Source: an uncultured bacterium
Lineage (GTDB): Bacteria; Patescibacteriota; Patescibacteriia; UBA1558; GWA2-36-10
Reading direction: 5' to 3'
Length of the DNA stretch: 42,045 bases
Assembly: GCA_937870675.1 (NCBI GenBank)
Contig: CALMZN010000019.1
Span: forward strand, 1-42,045
Shown: positions 24,668 through 32,338 of the stretch, one piece after another
How positions within the stretch are numbered: position 1 is the stretch's first letter
Layout: each line of letters opens with the position of its first letter
Notes under the pieces: model-generated
Databases searched by the model: none
Told to the model about the DNA's origin: nothing
What the model saw: the letters and a program-made list of their open reading frames with translations, nothing else
Translations under genes and position numbers: made by a program

Positions 24668-24710
24668 GAAGGACCGAAGTCATCAAACTTTCGGTTCTTT
24701 TCTGTTTTTT
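24668..24710 (+). terminator. rho-independent terminator
   Basis: Stem agaaggaccgaa / ttcggttctttt followed by ctgtttttt. Confidence 0.7.
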
Positions 24711-24761
24711 AACAATACTAGTTTAATTGTAAATAATAATTAAAGCTGTTATGATGATTTT

Positions 24762-25565
24762 ATGAAGAAAAAAATATATATTTTATTGGCAATATTATTA
24801 GTAGCTGGATTTACCTATTATTATTTTAGTCGTGATAAATTTGAAGATAAAATAGAGCTACCAAAAGCCCAGACCTATGATGACATCAAAGCTAATACAA
24901 ACATAACTGTAGCAGATAAAAATCCTACTAACACACCAATAAAAAATGATAATACTAATACAGTCACAGAGCCAGTCATAAAACCAGTTGCCAATTTAGC
25001 GGCTGTCAATTTGGCTGTGCCATTTACCTCACAGGCACCGACTGCTAATTGGGCTGAGCCATTTCAAAACGCCTGCGAAGAAGCTAGCTTGCTAATGGTT
25101 GATTATTATTATGCCAACAAAAAAATGCCCGATAAGCTGGCTGTCGAAAAAATATTGGTAGCTATGGTGGACTGGCAAATACAGACCTGGGGTGTTCACC
25201 CAGAATTGCCAATCGCCAAAGAGGCAGAGTTGGCCTTGGCTATGTATAATCAAAAAACAGAAATAATTAGAGATTTGACCGTAGAAAAAATAAAAGATTT
25301 ATTGAGGCAGGGGAGGCCAGTGATCGTGCCGGCTGATGGTAAGAAGTTGGACAATCCGAATTTTATTAATGGCGGTCCAGTTTATCACATGCTGGTTATC
25401 AAAGGTTTTACTGGCGATAAATTTATCACTAATGACCCCGGCACCAGAAAGGGCGCGGATTTTATCTACACCCAAAGTAACCTGATGTACTCCCTAGCCG
25501 ATTGGGATGAAAACAAAAATGCCGCCACTGGCGGCAAGATTGGTTTGGTGTTTACGTTAAAATAA
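24762..25565 (+). CDS. membrane-anchored protein with C39-like cysteine peptidase domain
   Basis: N-terminal TM helix. VPFTSQAPTANWAEPFQNACEEASLLMV resembles the Q...C catalytic start of peptidase_C39_2 proteins, and a later YHMLVIKG supplies a His. Confidence 0.5.
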   Translation: MKKKIYILLAILLVAGFTYYYFSRDKFEDKIELPKAQTYDDIKANTNITVADKNPTNTPIKNDNTNTVTEPVIKPVANLAAVNLAVPFTSQAPTANWAEPFQNACEEASLLMVDYYYANKKMPDKLAVEKILVAMVDWQIQTWGVHPELPIAKEAELALAMYNQKTEIIRDLTVEKIKDLLRQGRPVIVPADGKKLDNPNFINGGPVYHMLVIKGFTGDKFITNDPGTRKGADFIYTQSNLMYSLADWDENKNAATGGKIGLVFTLK

Positions 25566-25569
25566 GTAT

Positions 25570-25848
25570 TTATTTTTTTAAAAAATCTTTGAGAGTTTTG
25601 CCAGCTTTGAATTTTGGCACAGTCACTTCTGGGATGGTGATGATTTCTGACGGCTTTTGGGGATTGACTCCGCGACGAGAGGAGCGTTTTTTGGCAGAAA
25701 AAGTGCCAAAGCCGGTCAGTGTTATTTCACTGCCGTTTTTTAGATTTTCCATGACCAAATCTTCAAAGGCCTTGAGGACATCATCGGCCTCTTTTTTGCT
25801 GACGCCAGCTTTGATAGCTACGCTTTCAATTAGTTGTGCCTTGTTCAT
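25570..25848 (-). CDS. hup: DNA-binding protein HU
   Basis: MNKAQLIESVAIKAGVSKKEADDVLKAFEDLV...LTGFGTFSAKKRSSRRGVNPQKPSE.ITIPE..VPKFKAGK is canonical HU. Confidence 0.93.
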   Translation of the reverse strand: MNKAQLIESVAIKAGVSKKEADDVLKAFEDLVMENLKNGSEITLTGFGTFSAKKRSSRRGVNPQKPSEIITIPEVTVPKFKAGKTLKDFLKK

Positions 25849-25872
25849 ATATTTATTGATTATTTACAAGCC

Positions 25873-26679
25873 CTAGGCGGCTCCGCCTTGGGCGGATATA
25901 ATCTCTCTTAGATGTTTTATTTTGGTAGTTTTTTTACTCTTGATATCCACTTCTAATAATAAAGCATTTATTTCAATTTGGCTAGCCATGGGTATTTCAT
26001 GATTGATCGGAGAATCAGTTAAAAATTTTTCAATTATTACTTCCTTGTCTATGCCGATGACTGATGGGTAAGCGCCGACCATACCCACGTCAGTGATATA
26101 ACCAGTGCCACTAGGCAAAATTTGGGCATCAGCAGTTGGCACATGAGTATGAGTGCCCATGACAACAGCTACTTGGCCATCTAAGAAAAATCCCATAGCT
26201 TTTTTTTCACTGGTCAGCTCAGCGTGTATATCAACTAAGATAAGGTGGTCATGAATTTCTGGCAACATATCGCGGATTGCTAAAAAAGGATTAGTAATTG
26301 TTTCGTCTTTCATCATACCCTCGCCCAAAACACTGACCACAGCAATCTTGGTTTTTTTTATTTCAATTTCTTGCCAGCGATGTTCAGTAATAGTGTGGGC
26401 ATCATTGATCGGTGTGGCAATTTTTAGGTCAACAAAATTAGCCAAATCTTCTTTGCGCCAAGTATGGTTGCCACCAGTGTACACCCCGATACCAGTAGTT
26501 TGGATATCGGCCACTGTCTTGGTGGTCAGGCCTGAGCCATGAGCCAAATTTTCAATATTGGCAATTACCAAATCGGGCTTATATTTTTTTTGCCAAAGTG
26601 GCAAAATATTTTTTATACCCCGTCGGCCAATGGAGCCGACAACATCGCCAAAAAATATAATTGTTATTTTATCTGGCAT
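25873..26679 (-). CDS. ymdB: YmdB-type metallophosphoesterase (TIGR00282 family)
   Basis: IIFFGDVVGSIGRRGIKNILP, ANIENLAHGSGLT and GTHTHVPTAD motifs are present. Lies immediately downstream of rny, as in Firmicutes. Confidence 0.88.
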   Translation of the reverse strand: MPDKITIIFFGDVVGSIGRRGIKNILPLWQKKYKPDLVIANIENLAHGSGLTTKTVADIQTTGIGVYTGGNHTWRKEDLANFVDLKIATPINDAHTITEHRWQEIEIKKTKIAVVSVLGEGMMKDETITNPFLAIRDMLPEIHDHLILVDIHAELTSEKKAMGFFLDGQVAVVMGTHTHVPTADAQILPSGTGYITDVGMVGAYPSVIGIDKEVIIEKFLTDSPINHEIPMASQIEINALLLEVDIKSKKTTKIKHLREIISAQGGAA

Positions 26680-28180
26680 ATTCTATGATTCTTTTTTCTC
26701 TGATTACAGTCACCCGGATTTCTCCTGGGTACTTGAGCTCGGATTCAATTTTGTTGGCTATATCTCTGGCCAAGGTAGTGGCTTTGTAATCATCAATTTC
26801 ATCTGGTGACACAAAAACCCTGATCTCACGGCCAGCTTGGATGGCATAAACCTTTTCTACACCGGGGAAGGTCTTGGCTGTGTCTTCTAGCTCGGTCAGG
26901 CGTTGAATATAGTTTTCAAAAGAATCGCGGCGAGCGCCAGGACGGGAGCCAGAAATAGCATCAGCGATCTTGACTATTACACCTTCGATTGACCTGGGCT
27001 GATCCTCGTGGTGAGCAGTGGACATGTAGGCCACTTCTTCTGGCAAACCAAATTTTTTCAATAGGTCGTAGCCGATTTCTGGGTGAGCGCCTTGTATTTC
27101 ATGATCCAAGGCCTTGCCAATGTCATGTAGTAGGCCACCTTTTTTGCAGACATTGATATCAGCGCCCAACTCCGCCGCCAAGGTGCCAGCCAAAGCAGAC
27201 ACTTCCAGGGCGTGCTGTAATTGATTTTGGCCATAGCTAGTGCGGTATTTCAGGCGACCCAAAATTTGTAGTAATTTACTATCAAGTCCGACTATGCCCG
27301 CCTGATAGGCGGCTTCTTCACCGGCTTTTTTGATGTCCAAGGCCAAATCTTTTTTGGCTTGGGTAATAGTTTCCTCAATGCGACCCGGATGAATACGGCC
27401 ATCAGCCATTAATTTTTCTAGGGTGCGTTTGGCTAATTGTCTGCGTATAGGATTGAAAGCGGAAATTAAAATTGTTTCTGGTGTATCGTCAATTATGATT
27501 TCAGCGCCAGTCAACTGCTCAATGGTTTTTATATTGCGACCTTCGCGACCAATGATACGGCCTTTCATTTCTTCGTTGGGCAGGTTGACGGAAGTGGTGG
27601 TGGTTTCCACAGTGTGGGGAGCGGCCACGCGCTCAATCACTGTAGTTAATATTTTTTTGGCGCGCTCTTCTAACTCATCTTGGGCTTCTTCTTCCAATTT
27701 GCGAATACGATGAAGCAGTTCATCTTTCATGCGCGTTTCAGTGTTGTTGAGCAAAACTTCGCGAGCTTCATCTTGGTTGAGTTGGGCTATTTTTTCCAGT
27801 TTTTGTAATTGCTCTACTTTGATGTTTTTTATTTCCTCGCGAGTTTTTTCTAATTGTAGTTGGGAATTATCCAGGCGCTGTTTGCTTTCCTCAAATTCTA
27901 TAATTTTGCGGTCAAACAAGCTTTCGCGCTTGCCCAAGCGATTTTCCAACTCTTGCAGTTGGCGACGGCGATCACGCTCTTCGATTTTGGATTCCTCAAT
28001 GACAGCCATGGCTTTGTCCTTGGCTTCTAAGAGGAGATCTTTTTGTTTTTGTTTGGCGTCAGCTAGGATGCTTTCAGCTTTTCTTTCAGCGGAGTTGATG
28101 TTTTGACTGCCGAATAATTTTTTTATTAGATAGCCAAAAAACATACCAGCAACTAGCGCGGCCAATAGCCAAATATACAT
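26669..28180 (-). CDS. rny: ribonuclease Y
   Basis: N-terminal TM helix, coiled coil, KH domain (GRIIGREGRNIKTIEQLTG) and HD domain (LLHDIGKALDHE...AHHED). Confidence 0.94.
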   Translation of the reverse strand: MYIWLLAALVAGMFFGYLIKKLFGSQNINSAERKAESILADAKQKQKDLLLEAKDKAMAVIEESKIEERDRRRQLQELENRLGKRESLFDRKIIEFEESKQRLDNSQLQLEKTREEIKNIKVEQLQKLEKIAQLNQDEAREVLLNNTETRMKDELLHRIRKLEEEAQDELEERAKKILTTVIERVAAPHTVETTTTSVNLPNEEMKGRIIGREGRNIKTIEQLTGAEIIIDDTPETILISAFNPIRRQLAKRTLEKLMADGRIHPGRIEETITQAKKDLALDIKKAGEEAAYQAGIVGLDSKLLQILGRLKYRTSYGQNQLQHALEVSALAGTLAAELGADINVCKKGGLLHDIGKALDHEIQGAHPEIGYDLLKKFGLPEEVAYMSTAHHEDQPRSIEGVIVKIADAISGSRPGARRDSFENYIQRLTELEDTAKTFPGVEKVYAIQAGREIRVFVSPDEIDDYKATTLARDIANKIESELKYPGEIRVTVIREKRIIEYAR

Positions 28181-28404
28181 AAGTTAAACTTTCCAGTTTA
28201 CTGCTTTTTGGAGAAGACAATAGACCTAAACAAGTGATTTAGGTTGATAATTGATATTAAATTGTTATCAGAGAATTTTAATTCCATGGGGAAATAAGCA
28301 CTTGTCGGTTCAATATGATCTAGGGCGTCTAGATACGAACTTCAAAACAGTAAATTATTAATAAAACGGTTTTAAATTAGGTGAGAGTTGTTACTCTCCT
28401 AGCC

Positions 28405-28433
28405 ATTATACCTAATATTAGGTAAAAAGTCAA
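28405..28433 (-). promoter_or_regulatory. sigma-70 promoter for rny (minus strand)
   Basis: The minus strand reads TTGACT (28433-28428), a 17-nt spacer, then TATAAT (28410-28405). Confidence 0.55.
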
Positions 28434-28478
28434 CTACAGTTAAAAACAACCTTCGAGGTTGGTTTATTTAGAGTGGCA

Positions 28479-28507
28479 TTGACAAAATATGGTAAATATG
28501 ATATACT
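28479..28507 (+). promoter_or_regulatory. consensus sigma-70 promoter with extended -10 driving the GC-rich gene
   Basis: TTGACA (28479-28484), a 17-nt spacer, then TGATATACT (TATACT at 28502-28507). The last 14 nt, aaatatgatatact, are identical to the promoter at 20740-20753. Confidence 0.6.
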
Positions 28508-28572
28508 ACTTTGTTAATCATCGCTTAGTTTTCCTCAAGAAAGCCCTTTACGGGGCAGAAGGAGTGTGTGTG

Positions 28573-29085
28573 ATGAAGTTGTTCTTTGCCATTCTTTTCA
28601 CTCTGGTTCTGATCGCCACCGGCATCTGGAACATCGATCGCTGGTACAGTTTCAACCACGACATCGGCAACTATCTGAAGCTGGCCGGTGACGCTCCCTC
28701 AGTGGAACGCGCCGACGAGTTTCTCGGCAAGGCCCTCTCCAATATCGAAGCTCGAGGTCTGACGCAGGGCAATTCAGCCTACTTCTTCCACAATCCCAAC
28801 GCCGATCTGTCGATCTGGCATTCGCAGATCGTTGGCGCCAAACAGACCATGGCGTCCATCATCGAGCGAGCCAATGCTGATCCGGCGTCTGTGACGCAGC
28901 TCGAGCGGGACAATGCTCTGATGAAGATCAGAGAGGTTCTGCTCGACGAGGGTGACAGCGGTACCAAGGTCACGGAGCCCACCCACATCACGGTGTTTCC
29001 GAATCAGTGGGCGTTTTTGCTCTTGTATGTCGTGTCTATCATGCTCGGTTTCATCTTCTGGACATGGTGGAAGAACGAGCGCTAG
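28573..29085 (+). CDS. hypothetical bitopic membrane protein encoded by a compositionally foreign (GC-rich) gene
   Basis: Strong SD GAAGGAG lies 8 nt upstream of ATG 28573. MKLFFAILFTLVLIATGIW... has N- and C-terminal TM helices. Third codon positions are mostly G/C (ctg, atc, ggc, gac, gcc), unlike every neighbouring gene. Confidence 0.65.
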   Translation: MKLFFAILFTLVLIATGIWNIDRWYSFNHDIGNYLKLAGDAPSVERADEFLGKALSNIEARGLTQGNSAYFFHNPNADLSIWHSQIVGAKQTMASIIERANADPASVTQLERDNALMKIREVLLDEGDSGTKVTEPTHITVFPNQWAFLLLYVVSIMLGFIFWTWWKNER

Positions 29086-29108
29086 CTAGAACCCAGAAGT
29101 CGACGGGT

Positions 29109-29144
29109 AAGGGGTTTTCCTGAGTGGAAGCCCCTTCTTTTTTT
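29109..29144 (+). terminator. rho-independent terminator of the GC-rich gene
   Basis: aaggggt ttt..gga gcccctt followed by cttttttt. Confidence 0.75.
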
Positions 29145-29166
29145 ATCTAAAAAATTTTGTAAAATA

Positions 29167-29238
29167 AAGACCATCGGCTTGAGCATGGCATTATCCAAAG
29201 TCTTTCGGCTATGAATGGTGCTATGCACCGATGGTCTT
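29167..29238 (-). terminator. long hairpin downstream of clpP (11-bp perfect stem, 50-nt loop)
   Basis: aagaccatcgg (29167-29177) pairs with ccgatggtctt (29228-29238). On the minus strand it is followed by tattttacaaaatttttt. Confidence 0.4.
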
Positions 29239-29348
29239 AGGGATGAGAATTTAGAAATGAGGATGGTTTAGATCCTCAAGACTCACCTTGGAAAATATAA
29301 TAGCACAAATCTTTTCAAAAGTGAATAATCTTTTTTGTTGTGGATAAA

Positions 29349-29921
29349 TTATTTTATGATTTTATCAATCAAACCATAGGTTTTGGCTTCTTCGGGATTC
29401 ATGTAGTAGTCGCGATCAGTGTCAACTTCTATTTTTTTCAAGGGCTGTCCAGTATGCTTGTGCAGTATCTGATTGAGGCGATCTTTGAGCTTCAAAATCT
29501 GCTCGGCTTTTATTTTGATGTCCGATGCTTGGCCTTGGGCGCCGCCCATGACCTGATGCAAGAGAATTTCAGCGTTGGGCAAAGCAAATCTCTGCCCCTT
29601 GGTGCCAGCCGATAGCAACAAGGCGCCCATAGAAGCCGCTAAGCCGACGGCAATAGTGGAGACCGAGCTTTTGACGTGTTGCATAGTGTCATATATGGCC
29701 AAGCCATCGGTCACTGAGCCACCTGGTGAGTTGATATACATTTTGATGGGTCGATTATTGTCTTGGGCATCCAAAAAAAGCAGTTGGGCAATGACTAAAT
29801 TGGCGATGTGGTCATCAATCGCGTCACCCAAAAAAATTATTCGGTCTTTGAGTAGGCGAGAGTAGATGTCATAAGCTCTTTCGCCACCTTGGCTTTTTTC
29901 TATTACTGTAGGTATAAGCAT
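29349..29921 (-). CDS. clpP: ATP-dependent Clp protease proteolytic subunit
   Basis: [34 protein letters not shown] (active-site Ser) and the MGALLLSAG...LLHQ block are present. Confidence 0.95.
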   Translation of the reverse strand: MLIPTVIEKSQGGERAYDIYSRLLKDRIIFLGDAIDDHIANLVIAQLLFLDAQDNNRPIKMYINSPGGSVTDGLAIYDTMQHVKSSVSTIAVGLAASMGALLLSAGTKGQRFALPNAEILLHQVMGGAQGQASDIKIKAEQILKLKDRLNQILHKHTGQPLKKIEVDTDRDYYMNPEEAKTYGLIDKIIK

Positions 29922-29929
29922 ATAATATA

Positions 29930-29978
29930 GTTAAAAGTTTAAAGTTAAAAGTTTAAAGTTTAAAATTAAAAGTTTAAA
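29930..29978. repeat. seven contiguous direct heptads GTTWAAA immediately upstream of clpP
   Basis: gttaaaa gtttaaa gttaaaa gtttaaa gtttaaa attaaaa gtttaaa. The run begins 9 nt from the clpP start codon at 29921. Confidence 0.85.
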
Positions 29979-30020
29979 GTTTCAGCCAGAGGCTGATCGC
30001 CCACAGGGCGAAAAAGTAAA

Positions 30021-30986
30021 TTAAATAACCCTTATTCTATTTTTAACATAATCTAATTTGCCTGGCAAGGAGAAGCCGGCCGCTTTTTTGTGTCCGCCAC
30101 CGCCAAACATTTTAGCAATTTCAGAAACATCTATTTCCGAAGTAGTGCGCAGTGAGCCCTTTATCATATTATCGTTGGTTTCTACTAAAACCAAAATTAT
30201 TTTGCCTTCTTTTAGTATATGCAAAAAATTAGCAATGCCTTCAATGGCTGATTCGTCAGTATTTGTTTCTAGAAAATCATTTTGCGTCAGGAAAGTAAAA
30301 ACTATATTATTTTTTTCAATTTTTTCCAAGCGCTCCAAAGCTCGACCCCAGAGAATCAGGTTGTCTATGTTTTTACTGCGGTTGCTTATTTTTAATAATT
30401 GGTGTAGATTGGCGCCTTGGTTTAATAAGTTAGCGGCAATATTTAGCGACTGGTAGCTAGTGGCTGGGTTTTTGAAACCACCAGTATCAGTGATCAGGCC
30501 ACAGGCCAGATTGGTAGCCATGTCTTGATCCAAAAGCACTTCCCAGTCAGCAAATAGGCGGTAGATTATCTCGGCTGTGGAGCAGGCCTCAGAGAGCACT
30601 AGGTTGATGTCAGCGTATTTGGGGTTGGAGTTGTGGTGGTCAATGTTTATCAGTCGATAGGGCTGTGGCAATGCGGTCAAAAGATGCTGAGCACCAGTCA
30701 GCTCCAAGGTGGCGCAGTCCACAATGATTACTAGGTCAAACTTTTTGGTGAATAATAAATGGTCTTGTTTGACAAGATGGCTGTCCGGTAAAAAAGTCAG
30801 ATAATCAGGTAGCAAGCTGTCACAAAAAGAGTGGACGTTTTTACCAAAAGTTGATAAATATTTACGCAAAGCTAAATTGGAACCCAAAGTATCCCCATCC
30901 GGACGCTGGTGGGAGATGATCAATATATTTTCGGCCTGCTTGATTTCCTGCAGTATGGCTTGGCTTAAGTGTTGGTGGTTTAACAT
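30021..30986 (-). CDS. nrnA: DHH/DHHA1 phosphoesterase, NrnA-type oligoribonuclease/pAp phosphatase
   Basis: SHQRPDGDTLGS, IIVDCA, NIDHHNSN, LITDTGGF and GGGGHKKAAG are all present. Confidence 0.85.
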   Translation of the reverse strand: MLNHQHLSQAILQEIKQAENILIISHQRPDGDTLGSNLALRKYLSTFGKNVHSFCDSLLPDYLTFLPDSHLVKQDHLLFTKKFDLVIIVDCATLELTGAQHLLTALPQPYRLINIDHHNSNPKYADINLVLSEACSTAEIIYRLFADWEVLLDQDMATNLACGLITDTGGFKNPATSYQSLNIAANLLNQGANLHQLLKISNRSKNIDNLILWGRALERLEKIEKNNIVFTFLTQNDFLETNTDESAIEGIANFLHILKEGKIILVLVETNDNMIKGSLRTTSEIDVSEIAKMFGGGGHKKAAGFSLPGKLDYVKNRIRVI

Positions 30987-31110
30987 AACAAAATATTATA
31001 GCGGAAGTTTGCTATGGAGTCAATGCTATAAAAACCACCTCTTAGTGAAGTGGTTTCTGATGGAGTTTTATGTAAATGTTGGTTATAAATTGATTTTCAA
31101 ATATAATGAA

Positions 31111-31581
31111 TTATTTGGCATGTTTAATTTCATTAACTTTATTAACGACGTTCTTTAGTGGCAACATTCTTTTCCTCACAAATTTTTCAATATATATAAT
31201 AACCTCATCTTTTGCCTCTGGTGGACTTTGCGCTACCCAAACTGCAAAATTATACAATTCTGTGTCATCAGCAAATATCCATTTTTCATTCAAATATAAA
31301 AAAACTAATAAAGTAGTCATGGCTACTCTTTTATTACCATTTTGAAATGGGTGATTTTTTATCAACAAATAAAAAAGAACAGCCGCTTTTCCAATGAGAC
31401 CCTTGTAAAGAATTTTTCCATCGTATTTTAGGAATGGCATTGCCACGCAACTTTCTAAAATATTTGGCGTCCGTGTTTCAAATGGCGGGATTGGTTGATC
31501 CCATCTTAATGTATTTCTAGCCAAACTGTGGGCTACATTTTGTATAATCTGAATATTAATATTTCTAATTTGTTTTGACAT
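31111..31581 (-). CDS. doc: Fic/Doc-family toxin (death-on-curing type)
   Basis: The KNHPFQNGNKRVAMTTLLVFL motif (HxFx[D/N]GNKR) is present. 156 aa, starting 3 nt after a small HTH gene. Confidence 0.8.
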   Translation of the reverse strand: MSKQIRNINIQIIQNVAHSLARNTLRWDQPIPPFETRTPNILESCVAMPFLKYDGKILYKGLIGKAAVLFYLLIKNHPFQNGNKRVAMTTLLVFLYLNEKWIFADDTELYNFAVWVAQSPPEAKDEVIIYIEKFVRKRMLPLKNVVNKVNEIKHAK

Positions 31582-31584
31582 AAA

Positions 31585-31854
31585 TTATTCTTTACCTAAT
31601 TTTTGCAAAACACTACCATAATCATTAATAACCCTTACAACAGCCGTATCTATTTCTTTTTTGATTTTATCTGACAACTCTCCCAAAAAATAACTTTCTA
31701 TATTCTCATAAGGAATAATATAATTACGGCCAATTTTTTTTGCTTTAATTTGACCTTTTTTTATTCTATTAAAAATAGTTATTCTGCTGACTCCCAACAA
31801 ATCAGCGAATTCTTGTGTGGTGTAATATTTTTTAATTGTTATAGGGGTTTCCAT
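31585..31854 (-). CDS. HTH (excisionase/MerR-like, HTH_17) DNA-binding protein, putative antitoxin
   Basis: YYTTQEFADLLGVSRITIFNRIKKGQIKAKKIGRNYIIP. 89 aa, immediately upstream of doc, with a palindromic operator upstream. Confidence 0.7.
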   Translation of the reverse strand: METPITIKKYYTTQEFADLLGVSRITIFNRIKKGQIKAKKIGRNYIIPYENIESYFLGELSDKIKKEIDTAVVRVINDYGSVLQKLGKE

Positions 31855-31877
31855 ATTTTTTGTTAATATCTATAATA

Positions 31878-31897
31878 ATATTAACATATGTTAATAT
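31878..31897. promoter_or_regulatory. 20-bp perfect palindrome, candidate operator of the HTH-doc operon
   Basis: ATATTAAC ATAT GTTAATAT, plus an extra half-site GTTAATAT at 31862-31869. It lies between the minus-strand -10 (TATAAT, 31931-31926) and the start codon at 31854. Confidence 0.55.
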
Positions 31898-31968
31898 GAT
31901 TGTCAACACTTAACACAATATGTATATTATACCTAATATTAGCTTAAAAAATAAGTTTATTTCAAACC

Positions 31969-31999
31969 AAAAAACACTCAAGTTTCCTCGAGTGTTTTT
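31969..31999. terminator. bidirectional rho-independent terminator after rbfA
   Basis: aacactc (31973-31979) pairs with gagtgtt (31990-31996). It is flanked by an A-run and a T-run. Confidence 0.7.
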
Positions 32000-32338
32000 T
32001 TATCGAGTTGAGCTCGATTTCAACGCCTCATCAATGCGTCCGTATTTTATATCACGCTCATCAAGTTCAAAATTCAAATGAGGTGTTCCTCGCATGGTCA
32101 AGTTGCGACCGATTTCTTTTTGAATATGGCCAGCAAATTTTTTGATGGCCGTCAGTCCTGAGCCCAAATGATTTTGGGGGATGACACTGACATAAGCTGT
32201 AGCATTTTTGAGATCAGGTGAAATAGTGACTTCCGTGACAGAGATCAGCGTGCCCAGAGGTGGCTCAAAGTCCCGCAAAATTATGTTATTAATTTCTTGG
32301 CGCAAATATTCTCCTACTTGGGCTGGGCGTTTACTCAT
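32000..32338 (-). CDS. rbfA: ribosome-binding factor A
   Basis: RPAQVGEYLRQEINNIILRDF....ISVTEVTISPDLKNATAYVSV. The start at 32338 overlaps the infB stop (ATGAGTAA). The listed ORF extends to 32371. Confidence 0.87.
   Translation of the reverse strand: MSKRPAQVGEYLRQEINNIILRDFEPPLGTLISVTEVTISPDLKNATAYVSVIPQNHLGSGLTAIKKFAGHIQKEIGRNLTMRGTPHLNFELDERDIKYGRIDEALKSSSTR

Noticed and set aside
25870-25893. The GC-rich hairpin gccctaggcgg-ct-ccgccttgggc as an independent mobile element.
   Set aside because: It overlaps the last codons and the stop of ymdB (..AQGGAA*). It is a single short hairpin, probably just the ymdB-hup intercistronic stem, and it lacks the shared termini seen at the tRNA locus.
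27423-28106. The plus-strand ORFs 27423..27713 and 27729..28106 (Ser/Arg/Leu-rich).
   Set aside because: They are antisense shadows of rny. Low-complexity composition of this kind is typical of the reverse frame of a Glu/Lys-rich coiled coil.
20725-28507. The two TTGACA-17-TGATATACT promoters (20725 and 28479) as copies of a mobile promoter cassette.
   Set aside because: Identity is limited to the -35 hexamer and 14 nt around the extended -10, both of which are consensus elements. Flanking sequence is unrelated. Similarity by convergence on the consensus is sufficient to explain it.
30058-30456. Assorted antisense ORFs. These include 30058..30456, 33193..33522, 33519..33761, 33895..34194, 36361..36801, 37524..37892, 17122..17454, 12223..12630, 14623..14940, 6783..7142, 7658..7951, 25589..25876, 29575..29865, 31106..31345 and 41328..41756.
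   Set aside because: Each lies fully inside a well-supported gene on the opposite strand or in another frame, and none has motifs. They are treated as shadow ORFs.
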